Shown here: positions 63,716 to 64,000 of the stretch, in pieces
Position numbering within the stretch: the stretch's first letter is position 1
Layout: each line of letters begins with the position of its first letter
Origin: Novakomyces olei
Lineage: Eukaryota
Assembly (NCBI GenBank): GCA_016906335.1
Contig: JADEYG010000012.1
Span: forward strand, 186,001 to 250,000
Direction: 5' to 3'
DNA length: 64,000 nucleotides
Notes under the pieces: generated by a model
The model's database searches: none
The model's input: only the letters and a program-made list of their open reading frames with translations
What the model was told of the DNA's origin: nothing
Position numbers and translations under genes: made by a program

Positions 63716-64000
63716 ATGGTTCAAATTCCTCCGCCGCAGAGCCTTCAAACGGGGCACTACTTCTCCACTCCGATGCGCCTTGCCGGAGGCGATTGTGTAC
63801 ACGTCAATGTCCCACTTTACGATGCGCCGGTCCCGACACGGTCACTGCAGCAAAAGCAGCAAACTAGCCGAGAGCAAGATCGGCAACAACGGATAGACCG
63901 ATCGCTCTTGCGTCAGCAAAAACGAGAGGCTCATCACCGTGGACAGGAACGGTCACGCCGGCGGCAGCGCTGGGAGAATGGTAAGGAAGCAATAGCCCCA
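63716..64000 (+). CDS. First exon (63716-63980) of a fungal hypothetical protein continuing beyond the window
   Basis: AAAAATG start, open frame to SRRRQRWEN, then a GTAAGG donor at 63981. RRRQRWEN(D) is a motif I recall from conserved fungal proteins. Confidence 0.7.
   Translation, partial: MVQIPPPQSLQTGHYFSTPMRLAGGDCVHVNVPLYDAPVPTRSLQQKQQTSREQDRQQRIDRSLLRQQKREAHHRGQERSRRRQRWENGKEAIAP

Overview
This is eukaryotic, gene-dense fungal genomic DNA: an ascomycete yeast-like organism with 36-50 nt GT-AG introns and CTAAC-type branch sites. The code looks standard, since CTG occupies conserved Leu positions such as the RLD motif of the pseudouridine synthase. Inference: Cut9-, Dri1- and Mod21-like proteins and a Homol-D-like box point to an early-diverging ascomycete (Taphrinomycotina-like or basal Saccharomycotina). 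I rebuilt about 25 mostly spliced protein-coding genes by hand: ABHD11/IMO32-like, THR1, RmlD/MAT2B-like, cysteine synthase, ADE6, SWP1, an orphan membrane protein, aquaporin, CK1, ARMC8/GID5, HEM2, FAL1, TDA11-like, GCP5-like, CDC23, ERG20, NRP1/Dri1, YCG1, MRPL11, RTF1, PP2C, catalase, MCR1, RPL31, an RluA-type PUS, and a partial gene at the right edge. No rRNA, tRNA or CRISPR array was found. I cannot establish a new biological system from sequence alone. The best leads are: (1) a frameshifted, truncated CDC16/cut9 copy whose introns have reversed strand bias and antisense splice signals; (2) AT-rich tandem arrays in almost every short promoter, including a TATAAAA polymer; (3) a Tbf1-like palindrome fused to a Homol-D box at RPL31; (4) a Thr-rich repeat insertion in ADE6; (5) a probable decayed LINE. 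All homology calls come from recalled motifs, not database searches.
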